The notes below the pieces were generated by a model. The model saw nothing but the letters and a program-made list of their open reading frames with translations. It had not been told where the DNA came from and made no database searches. From NCBI GenBank assembly GCA_047495785.1, contig JBLDXI010000007.1, positions 2,108,001-2,172,000 of the forward strand: a DNA stretch of 64,000 bases, written 5' to 3'. The first letter of the stretch is position 1. Each line of letters starts with the position of its first letter. The position numbers and the translations under genes are program-made. Below are positions 62,943 to 64,000 of this stretch, piece by piece. The stretch comes from Lepidodermella squamata (Eukaryota; Animalia; Gastrotricha).

Positions 62943-63290
62943 GCGGAGCAGCTTTCGGCTTTGTTATACAAGAAGTTCGCGTACAGGTACCTGGAGCATG
63001 CATATACAACGGCGCAAAAAGAGAGCGAAAGTCATCGCGTTTCTGCGCTCGCTCGTTCTTTTGTGTATATCCGCCGCGTGTTTAACAAAGGATAGTAGCC
63101 GCGCCACGTAACATCATACAGGTATCTATCGCCGTGCTGCTGCTGCTTCGTTTTGAATAATCATCATTTGTCTACATCTCAAGCCGAAAGCCGAGCAGGC
63201 AGCCGCTGCGGGTCATTGTACGTTTTTTCCAGCTGTAAAGTAACAAGCAGTTTCTCCTGCATTAACTCGCCTTTGCGCTTTGCTGTATAA

Positions 63291-63854
<564 letters not shown>

Positions 63855-64000
63855 TAAGACAACTTGGTAACCACCTTATGGCAATCCGAGTTTATGGCAT
63901 TTTCCCCGTAAAATGCGGGTATAAGCGTAAGATCGTTAGATCCTTCGTTATCTATGCCAATTCCACGATTAACGAGTTAGGCCTCTGGGGTCCATTTTAG

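Overview
This window is eukaryotic, almost certainly from an invertebrate animal with a compact genome. Most introns are about 50-60 bp, a TTAGGG-type telomere motif is present, and the genes are metazoan (RapGEF2/6, class C GPCRs, LDLa repeats, neprilysin-like). In order along the window: a 5'-truncated C2H2 zinc-finger gene; a trypsin-family protease gene (-) with two GC-AG introns; two small MITEs; a tRNA-Arg-derived remnant; a nearly intact I/Jockey-group LINE (~7.36-15.92 kb) whose ORF1 is split, in frame and without a TSD, by a 3,693-bp insert carrying an intact 6-exon NEK-like kinase-AIG1/GIMAP GTPase fusion gene; a secreted LDLa-repeat gene; and a probably inactive neprilysin-like gene whose first intron holds a 515-bp foldback element with a (CCCTAA)6 core. 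A ~27-kb cluster follows, interleaving two plant-type core alpha-1,3-fucosyltransferases (candidate HGT, one frameshifted), two carbohydrate sulfotransferase-family genes (one lacking PAPS motifs), three GABA-B-like class C GPCRs, three dispanin/CD225-like genes, two tail-anchored proteins and a domesticated Crypton (DUF3504) gene. The window ends with RapGEF2/6, degenerate hAT-like remnants and the first coding exon of an actin with CArG/MEF2 sites upstream. All homology calls come from motif recognition by eye; no database searches were run.
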